In this document: positions 38,725 to 48,341 of the stretch, piece by piece
How positions within the stretch are numbered: position 1 is the first letter of the stretch
How the letters are laid out: every line of letters begins with the position of its first letter
Notes under the pieces: model-generated
The model's database searches: none
What the model saw: only the letters and a program-made list of their open reading frames with translations
Told to the model about the DNA's origin: nothing
Origin: a virus
Taxonomy: Duplodnaviria > Caudoviricetes
IMG/VR virus record: IMGVR_UViG_3300028048_000056
Coordinates: 98,086-162,085 of that record
Strand: one strand, 5' to 3'
Length of the DNA: 64,000 nucleotides
Position numbers and translations under genes: made by a program

Positions 38725-39775
38725 ATTGCAACTTAATCTTCCGGAAGGAACTGTAAGCTACAATGAGACAGGTGCTATGCTCGGCGTTCCCGTTGAACAT
38801 ACTCCTATTCAGATTAAGAACTTTGGTATGCCTTTCGAAATCACCGGCTATATTACCAAGAATGACTTCCTGGCATACTCCCTGTACTCATCTGCTCGGA
38901 AGTTTACAGTAGCAGAACAGATTTCTATGCTTACTGTTCTCGGCTTCAAGACAGTTCCGTATTTTGAGAACGAGAATGGACAGGGCAATCAGCTCATTAC
39001 GCTGAAAAATCAGTATTCTATGTACGATGCGAAGTGGATTAGTCTGCCATCTGGCAAGGAGTTCAAGATTCCGGAACTGGCTCATATCAACTCCGTTGAG
39101 TATGTGATGGGTGCAGACAGAGCTCTTACGCTTAGAGCTACCACAGATAAGGGTGTGTTCGATATAATCGATATGAAACTCGTCGCTTATTTCCAGCCCG
39201 GCTGCACAGCTAAGGTTTGGAACGGTGAGCTTCAGCCGATGAATACCGCACCGGTTACCTGCCCCGCACCAACATTCTGCCCTAAGTGCAACAATCCGCT
39301 TAAGCGTGTGCAGATTTATCCCGACCTACCTATGTTCTACAAGTGCACCAGTTCTATATGCGATATGCTGGTACTTGATGAGCCGGCAGAGGGAACTCAG
39401 GGCTCTGTAGAAGAGGGGGTAAAACCTGCAGAAGTGCAGGAGGACTTTCCTGGACAGGAGTCTGACGAGGCTAAGGGAGAGTCGGTTTCTGAAGATACTG
39501 TTTCAATCGAAACTGTAACCGAGGAAGCTGATGTGGCAGACGAAGACACTACCGATACTGCAGAAGCGGTGGTTAAGAAATGCTTCGTAGATTCTGCTAA
39601 GGTAGATGAGGACGCTGTTGACGCTCTCGTCAAGGACGGCAAGATTGAGGTTGTTGAGCAGATTGAAGACGCAGATTGCATCTTGGTAAAGACAAAGTTT
39701 GCTGTGTCCAAGAACGCTCGTAACCTTAGCAAGGAATTCGAGAAGGAGCTCGTTCCTATTACTGAATTTGAGTGA
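38717..39775 (+). CDS. degenerate NAD-dependent DNA ligase-like protein (OB fold, Zn finger, BRCT-like) without KxDG
   Basis: L..LGFKT, INSVEY.MG...LT, PTFCPKC..PL...CTS..C, acidic linker, BRCT-like C-terminus. Confidence 0.45.
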   Translation: MIRLQLNLPEGTVSYNETGAMLGVPVEHTPIQIKNFGMPFEITGYITKNDFLAYSLYSSARKFTVAEQISMLTVLGFKTVPYFENENGQGNQLITLKNQYSMYDAKWISLPSGKEFKIPELAHINSVEYVMGADRALTLRATTDKGVFDIIDMKLVAYFQPGCTAKVWNGELQPMNTAPVTCPAPTFCPKCNNPLKRVQIYPDLPMFYKCTSSICDMLVLDEPAEGTQGSVEEGVKPAEVQEDFPGQESDEAKGESVSEDTVSIETVTEEADVADEDTTDTAEAVVKKCFVDSAKVDEDAVDALVKDGKIEVVEQIEDADCILVKTKFAVSKNARNLSKEFEKELVPITEFE

Positions 39776-39786
39776 GGTGATTTATC

Positions 39787-40212
39787 ATGGGAATCATGAC
39801 AGAAAACCATATGACTGCTACTGAATATGCAAATCAGCGTGCTGCTTATTACACTCCCAATCAGCCCTTCATAAAGGCTACAGAAGTGCTTGAGGAGACA
39901 GAAAAACGCTGTGGTGCTGGTCAGCAATATACTACCTTCTCTGAGCAGATTTCCGACGAAGAGAAGGCAAAGGTTGAGGCAAAGGGCTACACGGTTACTC
40001 GTAACTATGTTCAGTCTAAGAACAGAGATGGTGCTCCTGCATCTGATAATGGTATGTATATCGGCTTTCAGGTTGCTCTGAATTCTATCGCAGCTTCTGG
40101 TCATCGTCCTATGCAGATTTCTGAAGAGGAGACTAACGGAATTAGTGGCGGAGGCGGTGGAGCTCCTGAAGGCACTCAGCTTCTCGCAGTACCTGACGGT
40201 GAGGGAGGTTAA
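39787..40212 (+). CDS. hypothetical protein, probably virion
   Basis: 141 aa ORF with GAGGTG SD. Confidence 0.65.
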   Translation: MGIMTENHMTATEYANQRAAYYTPNQPFIKATEVLEETEKRCGAGQQYTTFSEQISDEEKAKVEAKGYTVTRNYVQSKNRDGAPASDNGMYIGFQVALNSIAASGHRPMQISEEETNGISGGGGGAPEGTQLLAVPDGEGG

Positions 40213-43200
40213 TGTCTATGGCAACTGATGATAGACTTTATGATTTGAGGGAATCTGATTCTCACCGTTTTCTCGTCTATTCATCTAATAACTCCTACAT
40301 CACTCCGTATAGTTCAGATACGCACGGTGGTGAACTAATCACAGAGTTTAACCAGAGAGCAGCGTTGAATACGCTGCTCAAACGTGCAGTCGACATGTCT
40401 GATTATGCTGAGTCTGTGGCAAGTGCTGTAAATGAATTTGTCGGCTTAGATGTGGTGATAGACGACACCACAGGGCAGACAGAGAAGAGTGGTCCTGGAT
40501 TAAATTCTTTTGAGAAAACTTCGCTGCATAACAAGACAGGGTGGAAAATTACTGCCTACGCAACTGGAACCAGAGATGCTGATGATTTTCATCTCGGTAT
40601 GAATTCTGACGGAAGAATCACGGTATCAGCTGGCGTAGCTTTGGTCTACGGCTATTACGTCGAGTCTACCGCCGAAGTGACATTCATGAGAAGCGACGCC
40701 TTTCCTGTAGGTGACATTGCTAATGTAGCTAATAATGAAGGTCAGATTAAATCTAACCCCTGCATGACCAGATTTATCAAACTCGCTGTGCAGTACACCG
40801 CACCTGAGAATTCAAGACATGATGAACGTCTTATTCCGCCGCTTAACGGAGTGTATCAAGGTGCTGCTATTGTTATCAATGAAGAGCTTCCGTTCGGTAA
40901 CGAGTTGCTTCTGGGTACTATCACGATAGATTCAGAAGGTCGCGCAATGTTGACTGAAAATCCTTATAAAACCAGAATGGTTCCACTCGATACAGTCGAA
41001 GGTGCTGAGGACTACTCTAAGCTCTTGACTGCTCCTGAAGACGAGCACACCTACGGCATAAAATACGGTGAAACTGGTGGTTCCAAAGACGGTGAGGTAA
41101 CTAACCTTGTCGACATCGACAAGTGGTTGTGGATTGCTTTCGATTCTAACCTTGGTAAATTGCTAAGGAGTATGTCTACCAATGCCGACACTGCTGGTAA
41201 TTCAGAGGATGAGCCAACTCGGGGTATTATCGTATCTGACCAGACTCCCTATACTGCGGATGACCCTGTGGTGGATGAATTTAACTGCCTTCAGAGAATT
41301 GATGCTAAGTCAGGGTCGCAGTTCGCTCGTATGTCCTGGCATCAAGCACAAACCCCGCCAAAGACAGGTGCAGATTCAATCGACCACAGAGCTCTGTTCT
41401 TCCAATATGCTATGTCGAGAATTACAGGTTCTTCTTTGATTTTTGATAAGAAGGTTCCTACTAAAGACGGTACCGTTATGAAACCGTTCTATGATGTTAG
41501 CATGTACCCTTGCCTGAATGGTTTGAATGGTACTGACGGTATTGTTACCTATCAGCAGCTGGCTATGCTGGAACTCATGTTCGACGATTATATTCATAGA
41601 CAAGCCGATGGTTATGCTAGAGGAAGGCAATACGGTCCGTTCCTTACATTATCAGATGCCAGAGGTTGGTTTGAACGTCATAAGCCAGCAATTCAGCTGG
41701 GTGACTACTTCTGGGTTATCAACGACACCGCTGAGGCTGGTGGAACCGAAGCGAATAGTACGACTTCTGGATATGAGCTGCAGAACATCGTGACGAATTA
41801 TGGTACCGTTTCAGGTACCGTTTCAGGTACAGCTAAGCAGTCCAAGTTAGAAGTACCCGTGTCTGGTTCGTTCACAGGTACTGCTCATCCTAAAGCATCT
41901 CCTGATGATACACTCAACATCGAGGGTGAAATCAACGGTAAGGGTCAAGGTACTATCAACGCTACCGTAACCGGTACAGTGAATGGTACGTTGGATTCGT
42001 TCACTCAGAACGTGTCTAGCAGATACACTTGTCGTTATCACAGAGCTCACTCTCAAGGAGAAACCGGTTCTTGGAGATTTGCTCATGCCGTTATGCTAGA
42101 GGAGAACTCCTATTCAGGAGCATTCACCAGTCTGACTTTACAGCCGAATATTCAGCCTGGTTCGCTTCTTATCACACCGGCTGTTAATCACCCGGTATCT
42201 ACGACAGACGGTACGCAGATAACGCAGGGCATCTATGATAACAAGTACGGTAAGCTCAAGACCATGCAGGCAGCTGGTGGTGGAGAGGTTGAAGTAGAAG
42301 TAGGTACAATCGATTATGCTACTGGAGTGATTACAGGATTACAGACTGAAAGCACAGCATCGATTACTTACTTCCTTCCTACAGACAGAGCCTCTTATGT
42401 CGTACTCGACCCTGAAGGTGAGTCGCAGTCTTTCCAGGATGTAGGTACTACGCCGCAATCCGTTCTATTTACGGTTGAGGCAGTAGAGCGTGGTTTTGCA
42501 GTACCAGCTACCTCGACTACATTCGGTGTGGTCAAGGTAGGACCTGGTTCTAACCTGTATGATGTAATCGTTGACCCAACTACTCAGAGACTGCGTATCA
42601 CCGAACTGCTGTTGAATCTTATCAAAGGCGGCGGGTTCTCTGAGTATGCAGATGAGACAATTGTTATATCGCCCGGTGTTGACTTGACTCAGTATGCTTA
42701 TAGACGTTATCCAGGTAATGTTACCTTCAAGATGGAGGGTAATGCTTCTGAATGGCGTGCTAATCTAGATACTACGGGCACTCTGGCTCATATTCGCGGT
42801 AATATTAATCTGGACTTCTCTGAGGTTGTCGAGGACGGAAATCGCACTGATGGTCTGTTACTTCATCTTTCTGACCTTGACCACATCAAGCTCGTAGGTG
42901 ACAATGTAGCCACAACCGAGCACGTGTCTACAGAAACGCTCTTGTTCGGTGTAGACCATTGTGTGGTTGACAGGTACTTTTTCACTAATATAGGTGAATG
43001 GAAGTATTCACAGTTTATCTCTGGTGGTAATACACTCGAGCTTGATTTGCCTTGGATGGAAGTGACTGATGTATTTACCAGTTCTGGTGTAGACAATAGT
43101 CTGATGTGTAAGTTCTCAAGTGTCACGATGGGTGAGCAGGGCATATGCGCAGCTCAGATGGACCTCTGGGTTAAGCATGCTGGTTGGCGAGACTTCGGTG

Positions 43201-43631
43201 GAAATATTGACCGTATGTGGTCATCTTCTGCTTATCTAAAGTACCCGCCCATGTTCTTCGAACATGATACCAGCGAAGATGGTAGTGAATTGTCAACCAT
43301 CAACAAGCACACCATTCAGTATATTCCAGACAACCTGAACCTAAAGATTTCTGGTACATCTGGCGTACATCAGGCATACGATGAGAATAACTCTGAATAT
43401 GTACCGAGTGGAAATCTGCTCGTTAATCTGAACTGGGAGTACAATGGAAACCCGACAACTGCAGACGAACCGGGTGGTAAAATCTACCTTAACCTGTATA
43501 TGAAGAATGCTTCACCTGACGACAAGAAGCAAAATTTCTCAAATCTAAGATTCCGTGCTGATGTTCAGATTATCAGACTTGATAACAACGGAATGTCAGA
43601 TTCTGTGTCCTACGCAGAACTCTACGGATAA
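40212..43631 (+). CDS. large putative virion structural protein
   Basis: 1139 aa, G/T/S-rich; GTIDYATG and PATSTTFGVVKVG motifs seen in tail proteins. Confidence 0.6.
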   Translation: MSMATDDRLYDLRESDSHRFLVYSSNNSYITPYSSDTHGGELITEFNQRAALNTLLKRAVDMSDYAESVASAVNEFVGLDVVIDDTTGQTEKSGPGLNSFEKTSLHNKTGWKITAYATGTRDADDFHLGMNSDGRITVSAGVALVYGYYVESTAEVTFMRSDAFPVGDIANVANNEGQIKSNPCMTRFIKLAVQYTAPENSRHDERLIPPLNGVYQGAAIVINEELPFGNELLLGTITIDSEGRAMLTENPYKTRMVPLDTVEGAEDYSKLLTAPEDEHTYGIKYGETGGSKDGEVTNLVDIDKWLWIAFDSNLGKLLRSMSTNADTAGNSEDEPTRGIIVSDQTPYTADDPVVDEFNCLQRIDAKSGSQFARMSWHQAQTPPKTGADSIDHRALFFQYAMSRITGSSLIFDKKVPTKDGTVMKPFYDVSMYPCLNGLNGTDGIVTYQQLAMLELMFDDYIHRQADGYARGRQYGPFLTLSDARGWFERHKPAIQLGDYFWVINDTAEAGGTEANSTTSGYELQNIVTNYGTVSGTVSGTAKQSKLEVPVSGSFTGTAHPKASPDDTLNIEGEINGKGQGTINATVTGTVNGTLDSFTQNVSSRYTCRYHRAHSQGETGSWRFAHAVMLEENSYSGAFTSLTLQPNIQPGSLLITPAVNHPVSTTDGTQITQGIYDNKYGKLKTMQAAGGGEVEVEVGTIDYATGVITGLQTESTASITYFLPTDRASYVVLDPEGESQSFQDVGTTPQSVLFTVEAVERGFAVPATSTTFGVVKVGPGSNLYDVIVDPTTQRLRITELLLNLIKGGGFSEYADETIVISPGVDLTQYAYRRYPGNVTFKMEGNASEWRANLDTTGTLAHIRGNINLDFSEVVEDGNRTDGLLLHLSDLDHIKLVGDNVATTEHVSTETLLFGVDHCVVDRYFFTNIGEWKYSQFISGGNTLELDLPWMEVTDVFTSSGVDNSLMCKFSSVTMGEQGICAAQMDLWVKHAGWRDFGGNIDRMWSSSAYLKYPPMFFEHDTSEDGSELSTINKHTIQYIPDNLNLKISGTSGVHQAYDENNSEYVPSGNLLVNLNWEYNGNPTTADEPGGKIYLNLYMKNASPDDKKQNFSNLRFRADVQIIRLDNNGMSDSVSYAELYG

Positions 43632-43664
43632 ACTTCGAAATGCGTGTGCTAAGTGTGTTATACT
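43631..43664 (+). promoter_or_regulatory. phage promoter AACTTCG-N21-TATACT
   Basis: conserved copy, overlapped by a long inverted repeat AAATGCGTGTGC/GCACACGCATTT. Confidence 0.75.
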
Positions 43665-43732
43665 TGTAATATAAACAAGATATATCCTTGGCACACGCAT
43701 TTGCTATCAAACCAAAGAAAGGATTGATTTAA

Positions 43733-44527
43733 TTGCCTCTAATGAACGAAGACCACGAGTTTCTGTATGACTATTCCGATGTCGGGGTTCCTCAGACAGT
43801 AACTGTGAGTGCGTATACAAGCCGCATGGAGAAGTTAAGGCTGTCCTCTGACAACCTTCATCAGGCGATGATTAAGCACATTCTTCCTCAGGTAATCGAA
43901 CCTAAGATTGATGTGCGAAAACTATACGAGCCTGACTACTACTTGCTGCTTCGTCATATCCGCATCCTTACCTGGGGACCTTTCTGGACTGCCCAGAACT
44001 GGGTATGCCAGGATTGTAAGAACGAAGACGGAACTCGCGGAAAATTCTACACAGATGAGCCACATCAGATTGACCTGAGCACTGTCGGTGTTCTCGTACC
44101 TGAAAAAGGCGAGAAGCTCAAAACCTCCTTTGTAATTAAGCCTGACGAATTTATCGTTACCAATGCAGAAGTTAAGATGCACCTGAACCGGTGCCAGGAT
44201 ATGCTGTTCTACTTCGCAAAGGTTGCTAAGGAGGACGAGGATTTCAGACCGCTTGCTGCGTCTATCGCTTCTGTTTCTGATATGGACTTCGTTGATGTAT
44301 CTGAAGCAGCAGAATGGCTCGGTAATCTCCCAGCAGTCGACGAGCAGATTGTCGAGCAGCGTTACAAGGAAGAATTCAACGTGGGACTCCAGAACCGCGT
44401 CGAGTTCAAGTGTCCTCATTGTGGAGGCAGAGCGTGGGCATACGTTCCGATTAATGACTACTACTTTCGACCGACCAAGGAAGACCTCAAGGAATGGAAA
44501 GCTTTACTGGAAAGTTCTAAGAAGTAA
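43733..44527 (+). CDS. T4 gp26-like baseplate hub / tail assembly chaperone
   Basis: L...DYY.LL.HIRILTWG, CQDC, IDLS, CPHCG, terminal YYFRP. Confidence 0.65.
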   Translation: MPLMNEDHEFLYDYSDVGVPQTVTVSAYTSRMEKLRLSSDNLHQAMIKHILPQVIEPKIDVRKLYEPDYYLLLRHIRILTWGPFWTAQNWVCQDCKNEDGTRGKFYTDEPHQIDLSTVGVLVPEKGEKLKTSFVIKPDEFIVTNAEVKMHLNRCQDMLFYFAKVAKEDEDFRPLAASIASVSDMDFVDVSEAAEWLGNLPAVDEQIVEQRYKEEFNVGLQNRVEFKCPHCGGRAWAYVPINDYYFRPTKEDLKEWKALLESSKK

Positions 44528-44696
44528 GTACGACCAGGTGGATGCTGAGATAAGAGCTATCATGGGTAGGTGGCAAGGTTATTCTGCCGATTACATCGAA
44601 GACCAACCTGTGCTATTCCGAACTAAACTTATTCAGCAAATTATCAAGCAAGACCAGGAAGGCAAGGACGGCTCAGGTGCCGCTAAGAGAATGTAG
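44466..44696 (+). CDS. +1-frame extension or small partner of the tail chaperone
   Basis: open +1 frame overlapping the chaperone C-terminus (WQGYSADYIEDQPVLFRTKLI); no convincing SD. Confidence 0.45.
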   Translation, partial: FDRPRKTSRNGKLYWKVLRSKYDQVDAEIRAIMGRWQGYSADYIEDQPVLFRTKLIQQIIKQDQEGKDGSGAAKRM

Positions 44697-44730
44697 AACT
44701 TCGTGTATCACGGTTGTTGTATTGTATAAT
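44697..44730 (+). promoter_or_regulatory. phage promoter AACTTCG-N21-TATAAT for the que operon
   Basis: conserved copy. Confidence 0.8.
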
Positions 44731-44881
44731 GTAACATATAACGAAACACACAGAATGCGTGTGTTATGCTACGGTTCTGCCGTAGGTATCGTGTTTTGTT
44801 GTTATGTTATATACAGTATACAACCACGTGGTATGCGTTAGCGTGCTATGTAAAGGAGTTGGTGTTTATGAATGTATAATA

Positions 44882-44963
44882 ATCGAGTAGAGTTCCCCCT
44901 CGATAAAAACGGGAACAGTGAGTAAGGTATCCCCTTGCTAAAGTTAAAATCGATACGAAAGGA
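44882..44963 (+). ncRNA. candidate preQ1-I-like riboswitch, two tandem H-type pseudoknots
   Basis: ATCGAG/CTCGAT stem with loop GTTCCC pairing to GGGAAC after AAAAAC; second unit AGTAAGG/CCTTGCT with GTATC/GATAC next to the SD; sits upstream of yhhQ and the que genes. Confidence 0.55.
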
Positions 44964-44972
44964 CTAATAGGT

Positions 44973-45875
44973 ATGAAGTCAAAGATTCAGAAAGAAGAGT
45001 CATGGGGCAAAGCTCCTGGGCTGTTCGCTGTGCTAATGGCTATCAACGTCGCAAGCTACGCTCTGTGCGTACCGATGATGGTTAAGATTCTGGAAGCAAA
45101 GGAAACCAGTATCTTTTCTATTCTGGGTATGCTGATTTTCACAGTGTGCGGTATGCTGCTGGCGGGTAAGTTGTCGGCAAAAGTGAACAAGGTGGTTGCT
45201 TATGCGTGCGGTGCTCTTCTAAGTGCAGCGGGAATCGTCTTGTGCGCGCTTGATGCAGTAGATGTTCTGTATATACCGGGACCTACGGTTATGGCAACTG
45301 CAACAGGTGATTCTCTATTTTTTATCGCAACTTACATCGTCTCTGATGTATTCTCAGAAGTGTTCGGTTACAGAGCATCAAGACTGTCTGGCAACACTTC
45401 GGCTATTTTTGCTGTTGTAGCAGCTTTAATCGCGAAAGCGTTTACCGGTATACCCGTGCCTGAGTATGCAGAAGCGAATGAATCCGCATTTGATTTCATC
45501 TACGGTGGTGGTATTTATGTTACCATTGTCGGCATCTTGATTTACGCCGTAGGTGATTTCCTCAATGATAAGCTATTTGCTTATATTAAGAAAAAGAAAC
45601 CCGGTGAAGGTTTTTCAAGCTACTCACTCCGTTCAATCGGTTCGAGTATCTTAGGTAAGACTGCTGATTTGGGTCTATTCACACTCCTGGTAATGATACC
45701 GTTCTCAATCCCGAGCTTCTGCTCAGTTCTAGGAATGGACTGCTGGGGTATGGATGCAAAGAGTATAGCAGGCAACTTCTTGCTTGGTATTGCATTCCAG
45801 ATTACGGTGGAGGCATTGCTGTCACCTGTATCTTATAAAATTGCAACTGGCGTTAAGAAGAGCCTAGAATCATAA
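44973..45875 (+). CDS. yhhQ: queuosine precursor transporter (YhhQ/QPTR family) with extra N-terminal TM helices
   Basis: multi-TM; FFIATYIVSDVFSEVFGYRASR, GDFLND.LF, RSIGSSILG. Confidence 0.75.
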   Translation: MKSKIQKEESWGKAPGLFAVLMAINVASYALCVPMMVKILEAKETSIFSILGMLIFTVCGMLLAGKLSAKVNKVVAYACGALLSAAGIVLCALDAVDVLYIPGPTVMATATGDSLFFIATYIVSDVFSEVFGYRASRLSGNTSAIFAVVAALIAKAFTGIPVPEYAEANESAFDFIYGGGIYVTIVGILIYAVGDFLNDKLFAYIKKKKPGEGFSSYSLRSIGSSILGKTADLGLFTLLVMIPFSIPSFCSVLGMDCWGMDAKSIAGNFLLGIAFQITVEALLSPVSYKIATGVKKSLES

Positions 45876-45896
45876 TACATGAAAGGACGATTTATC

Positions 45897-47138
45897 ATGA
45901 ATAATTCAAAGATGGAAACTGGTGTGCCTGATATTTTCAGCACATCTAAGACTGTAACCGCTAAGGGGCTTGACACAGCTCCTACAGAAGAGCAGTATTC
46001 TTCTGCTCATTATCGCTATGACCTCCCTCAGGAGCTCATCGCACAGGAGCCGCTTCCTGATAGAGCGAGCGCACGTTGTCTTATCGTTGATACGACTGTA
46101 GAAGCGAACCAGGATGGAGTAGCAGTATCACTCGAAGACAAGCACTTCACAGACATCTGTGACTACTTCAACGCAGGTGATGTGCTTGTACTTAATAACA
46201 CGAAGGTTATTCCAGCAAGAGCGTTTGCTTATAAGAAAGGTAAACAGCCATATAGTATCTCTGCCATTGAAGATAATACTGTCGAGATTTTGTTCGTTCA
46301 GTATCAAGGCGGCTCTACCTGGAAGGCAATGATTAGCAAGCCACAGGAAATTGGTACTGTTCTCATTCTTAACGGAGCTGACGACGCAGAAATTACAATC
46401 AAGAGCTGCGACGATGAGGGTGAAGTATTTCTTGACTTCGCTAACTCAACTGGCTGGGATGTTCTCGACAAAATCGGTGAGACTCCGCTTCCTCCTTACA
46501 TTCAGGGAAGAGGTCATTCTGAGTCCTATATTTCTGAAATGTATAACACGGTGTATGCCAAAGAAAGAACTTCCTGCGCTGCCCCTACGGCAGGATTGCA
46601 TTTCACCACTGAACTTCTCCAGGCACTCAAGGACAAAGGAGTTAGAGTCAGAGAGGTTACGCTTGATGTCGGCCTTGGGACTTTCAAGCCAGTTGTTGTC
46701 AAAGACTTAAGAAATCACGCAATGCACACCGAGCACTGTTTCTGCCCTGTCAATGTTATCAACGACATTAAGCAGGCACATGCTGAAGGTCACAACGTGG
46801 TTGCTGTTGGTACAACCTCACTCCGTACACTCGCATCCATTCCTGAGGAAGTATGGGAAAAGCCCGAGGATTTCTCAACAGATACCAGCATCTTCATCTA
46901 CCCTGGTGCAGAAACTGCTAAACGTGTCGATTGCATCGACGGTCTTATCACCAACTTCCATGCACCTGAGACAACTCTTATGATGCTCGTTTCTGTTGTT
47001 GCAGGTTACGATGAAATCATGGCAGCATACAAGCATGCCGTTCAGAAGAGATATCGCTTTATGAGCTTCGGCGATGGTATGCTTATCAAGAGACACTCTT
47101 GGCATGAAGCCGGAGAAGGCGAAGCAGAGGAGGCATAA
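45897..47138 (+). CDS. queA: SAM:preQ1 ribosyltransferase-isomerase QueA (divergent)
   Basis: [69 protein letters not shown]. Confidence 0.95.
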   Translation: MNNSKMETGVPDIFSTSKTVTAKGLDTAPTEEQYSSAHYRYDLPQELIAQEPLPDRASARCLIVDTTVEANQDGVAVSLEDKHFTDICDYFNAGDVLVLNNTKVIPARAFAYKKGKQPYSISAIEDNTVEILFVQYQGGSTWKAMISKPQEIGTVLILNGADDAEITIKSCDDEGEVFLDFANSTGWDVLDKIGETPLPPYIQGRGHSESYISEMYNTVYAKERTSCAAPTAGLHFTTELLQALKDKGVRVREVTLDVGLGTFKPVVVKDLRNHAMHTEHCFCPVNVINDIKQAHAEGHNVVAVGTTSLRTLASIPEEVWEKPEDFSTDTSIFIYPGAETAKRVDCIDGLITNFHAPETTLMMLVSVVAGYDEIMAAYKHAVQKRYRFMSFGDGMLIKRHSWHEAGEGEAEEA

Positions 47139-47140
47139 TC

Positions 47141-47650
47141 ATGGAAGGCAGAAACAAAGAAGAACTTGCAGGCGTTAGCTTGCTCGGTAACCAGAATACC
47201 AAATATAAGTACGACTACGACCCGTCTGTGCTGGAAACATTCGTGAACAAGCATCCTGAAAACGATTATGTCGTTACCTTTGATGCGTATGAATTCACTT
47301 CGCTCTGCCCTAAGACCGGTCAGCCTGACCTCGCAAAGATTATCATCAGCTATATACCGGCGGAGCAGATGGTGGAGTCCAAGTCACTCAAACTCTACCT
47401 GTTCAGCTTCCGCAATCACGGAGACTTCCATGAGGATTGTGTCAATATCATCATGAAGGACCTGGTTAAGGTGATGCAGCCGAAATACCTTGAGGTACGT
47501 GGTATCTTTGCACCTAGAGGTGGTATTGCAATCTTCCCGTTCTCCACATACGTTAGCCTTGACCACCCTGAGTTCAAAGACCTTGAAACTCAGAGACGTC
47601 TGGCAGTTCTCCAGTCCGCAGCTGAAAGGAAGGTGACATATGATGCCTAA
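47141..47650 (+). CDS. queF: NADPH-dependent preQ0 reductase QueF (type I)
   Basis: [13 protein letters not shown], QueF motif [26 protein letters not shown]. Confidence 0.95.
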   Translation: MEGRNKEELAGVSLLGNQNTKYKYDYDPSVLETFVNKHPENDYVVTFDAYEFTSLCPKTGQPDLAKIIISYIPAEQMVESKSLKLYLFSFRNHGDFHEDCVNIIMKDLVKVMQPKYLEVRGIFAPRGGIAIFPFSTYVSLDHPEFKDLETQRRLAVLQSAAERKVTYDA

Positions 47651-48338
47651 GGCACTCGTTCTTAGCTCTGGTGGTGTTGATAGCACCACTTGTCTGGGCT
47701 TGGCAGTACACGAACTCGGTGCTGCTAATGTAGTATCCGTATCAATGTTCTACGGTCAGAAACACAAGAAGGAGCTCGAGGCAGCTCAGAAGCTTGCTGA
47801 GTATTACAACATCAAGCACTATGAACTCGACCTCTCCGTCGTTTTTGCACAGAGTAATTGCCCACTTCTCGGTCATTCTACTCAGGAAGTTCCTGAAGGT
47901 GACTACGCTGACCAGATTGGCAGAAGTGAAAATGGTATGGTCGCAACCTACGTTCCATTCCGAAATGGTATGTTCCTCTCAGCAGCGGCATCTCTCGCAT
48001 CCTCGCTGTTCCCGGATGAGGAGGTTACCATCTATATCGGTGCTCACGCAGACGATGCAGCTGGTAATGCTTATGCAGACTGCTCTGAGAACTTCATCGA
48101 CTCAATGAACGACGCAATTTTCATCGGCACTTATGAGAAGGTGTCCATCAAGGCACCGTTCGCAAACTCTAATAAGGCTGAGGTCGTTGCTAAAGGACTC
48201 GAACTCAGAGTTCCATATCAGTACACCTGGAGCTGCTATAAGGGCGGCGACAAGCCCTGCGGTAAGTGCGGCACCTGCATCGACAGGGCAAAAGCATTTT
48301 CGGCTAATAATGCGGTAGACCCCGCACTGGAGGGTTGA
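47640..48338 (+). CDS. queC: 7-cyano-7-deazaguanine synthase QueC
   Basis: SGGVDST, YGQKH..EL, TYVPFRN, TWSCY...PCGKCGTC..R. Confidence 0.96.
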   Translation: MMPKALVLSSGGVDSTTCLGLAVHELGAANVVSVSMFYGQKHKKELEAAQKLAEYYNIKHYELDLSVVFAQSNCPLLGHSTQEVPEGDYADQIGRSENGMVATYVPFRNGMFLSAAASLASSLFPDEEVTIYIGAHADDAAGNAYADCSENFIDSMNDAIFIGTYEKVSIKAPFANSNKAEVVAKGLELRVPYQYTWSCYKGGDKPCGKCGTCIDRAKAFSANNAVDPALEG

Positions 48339-48341
48339 ATT

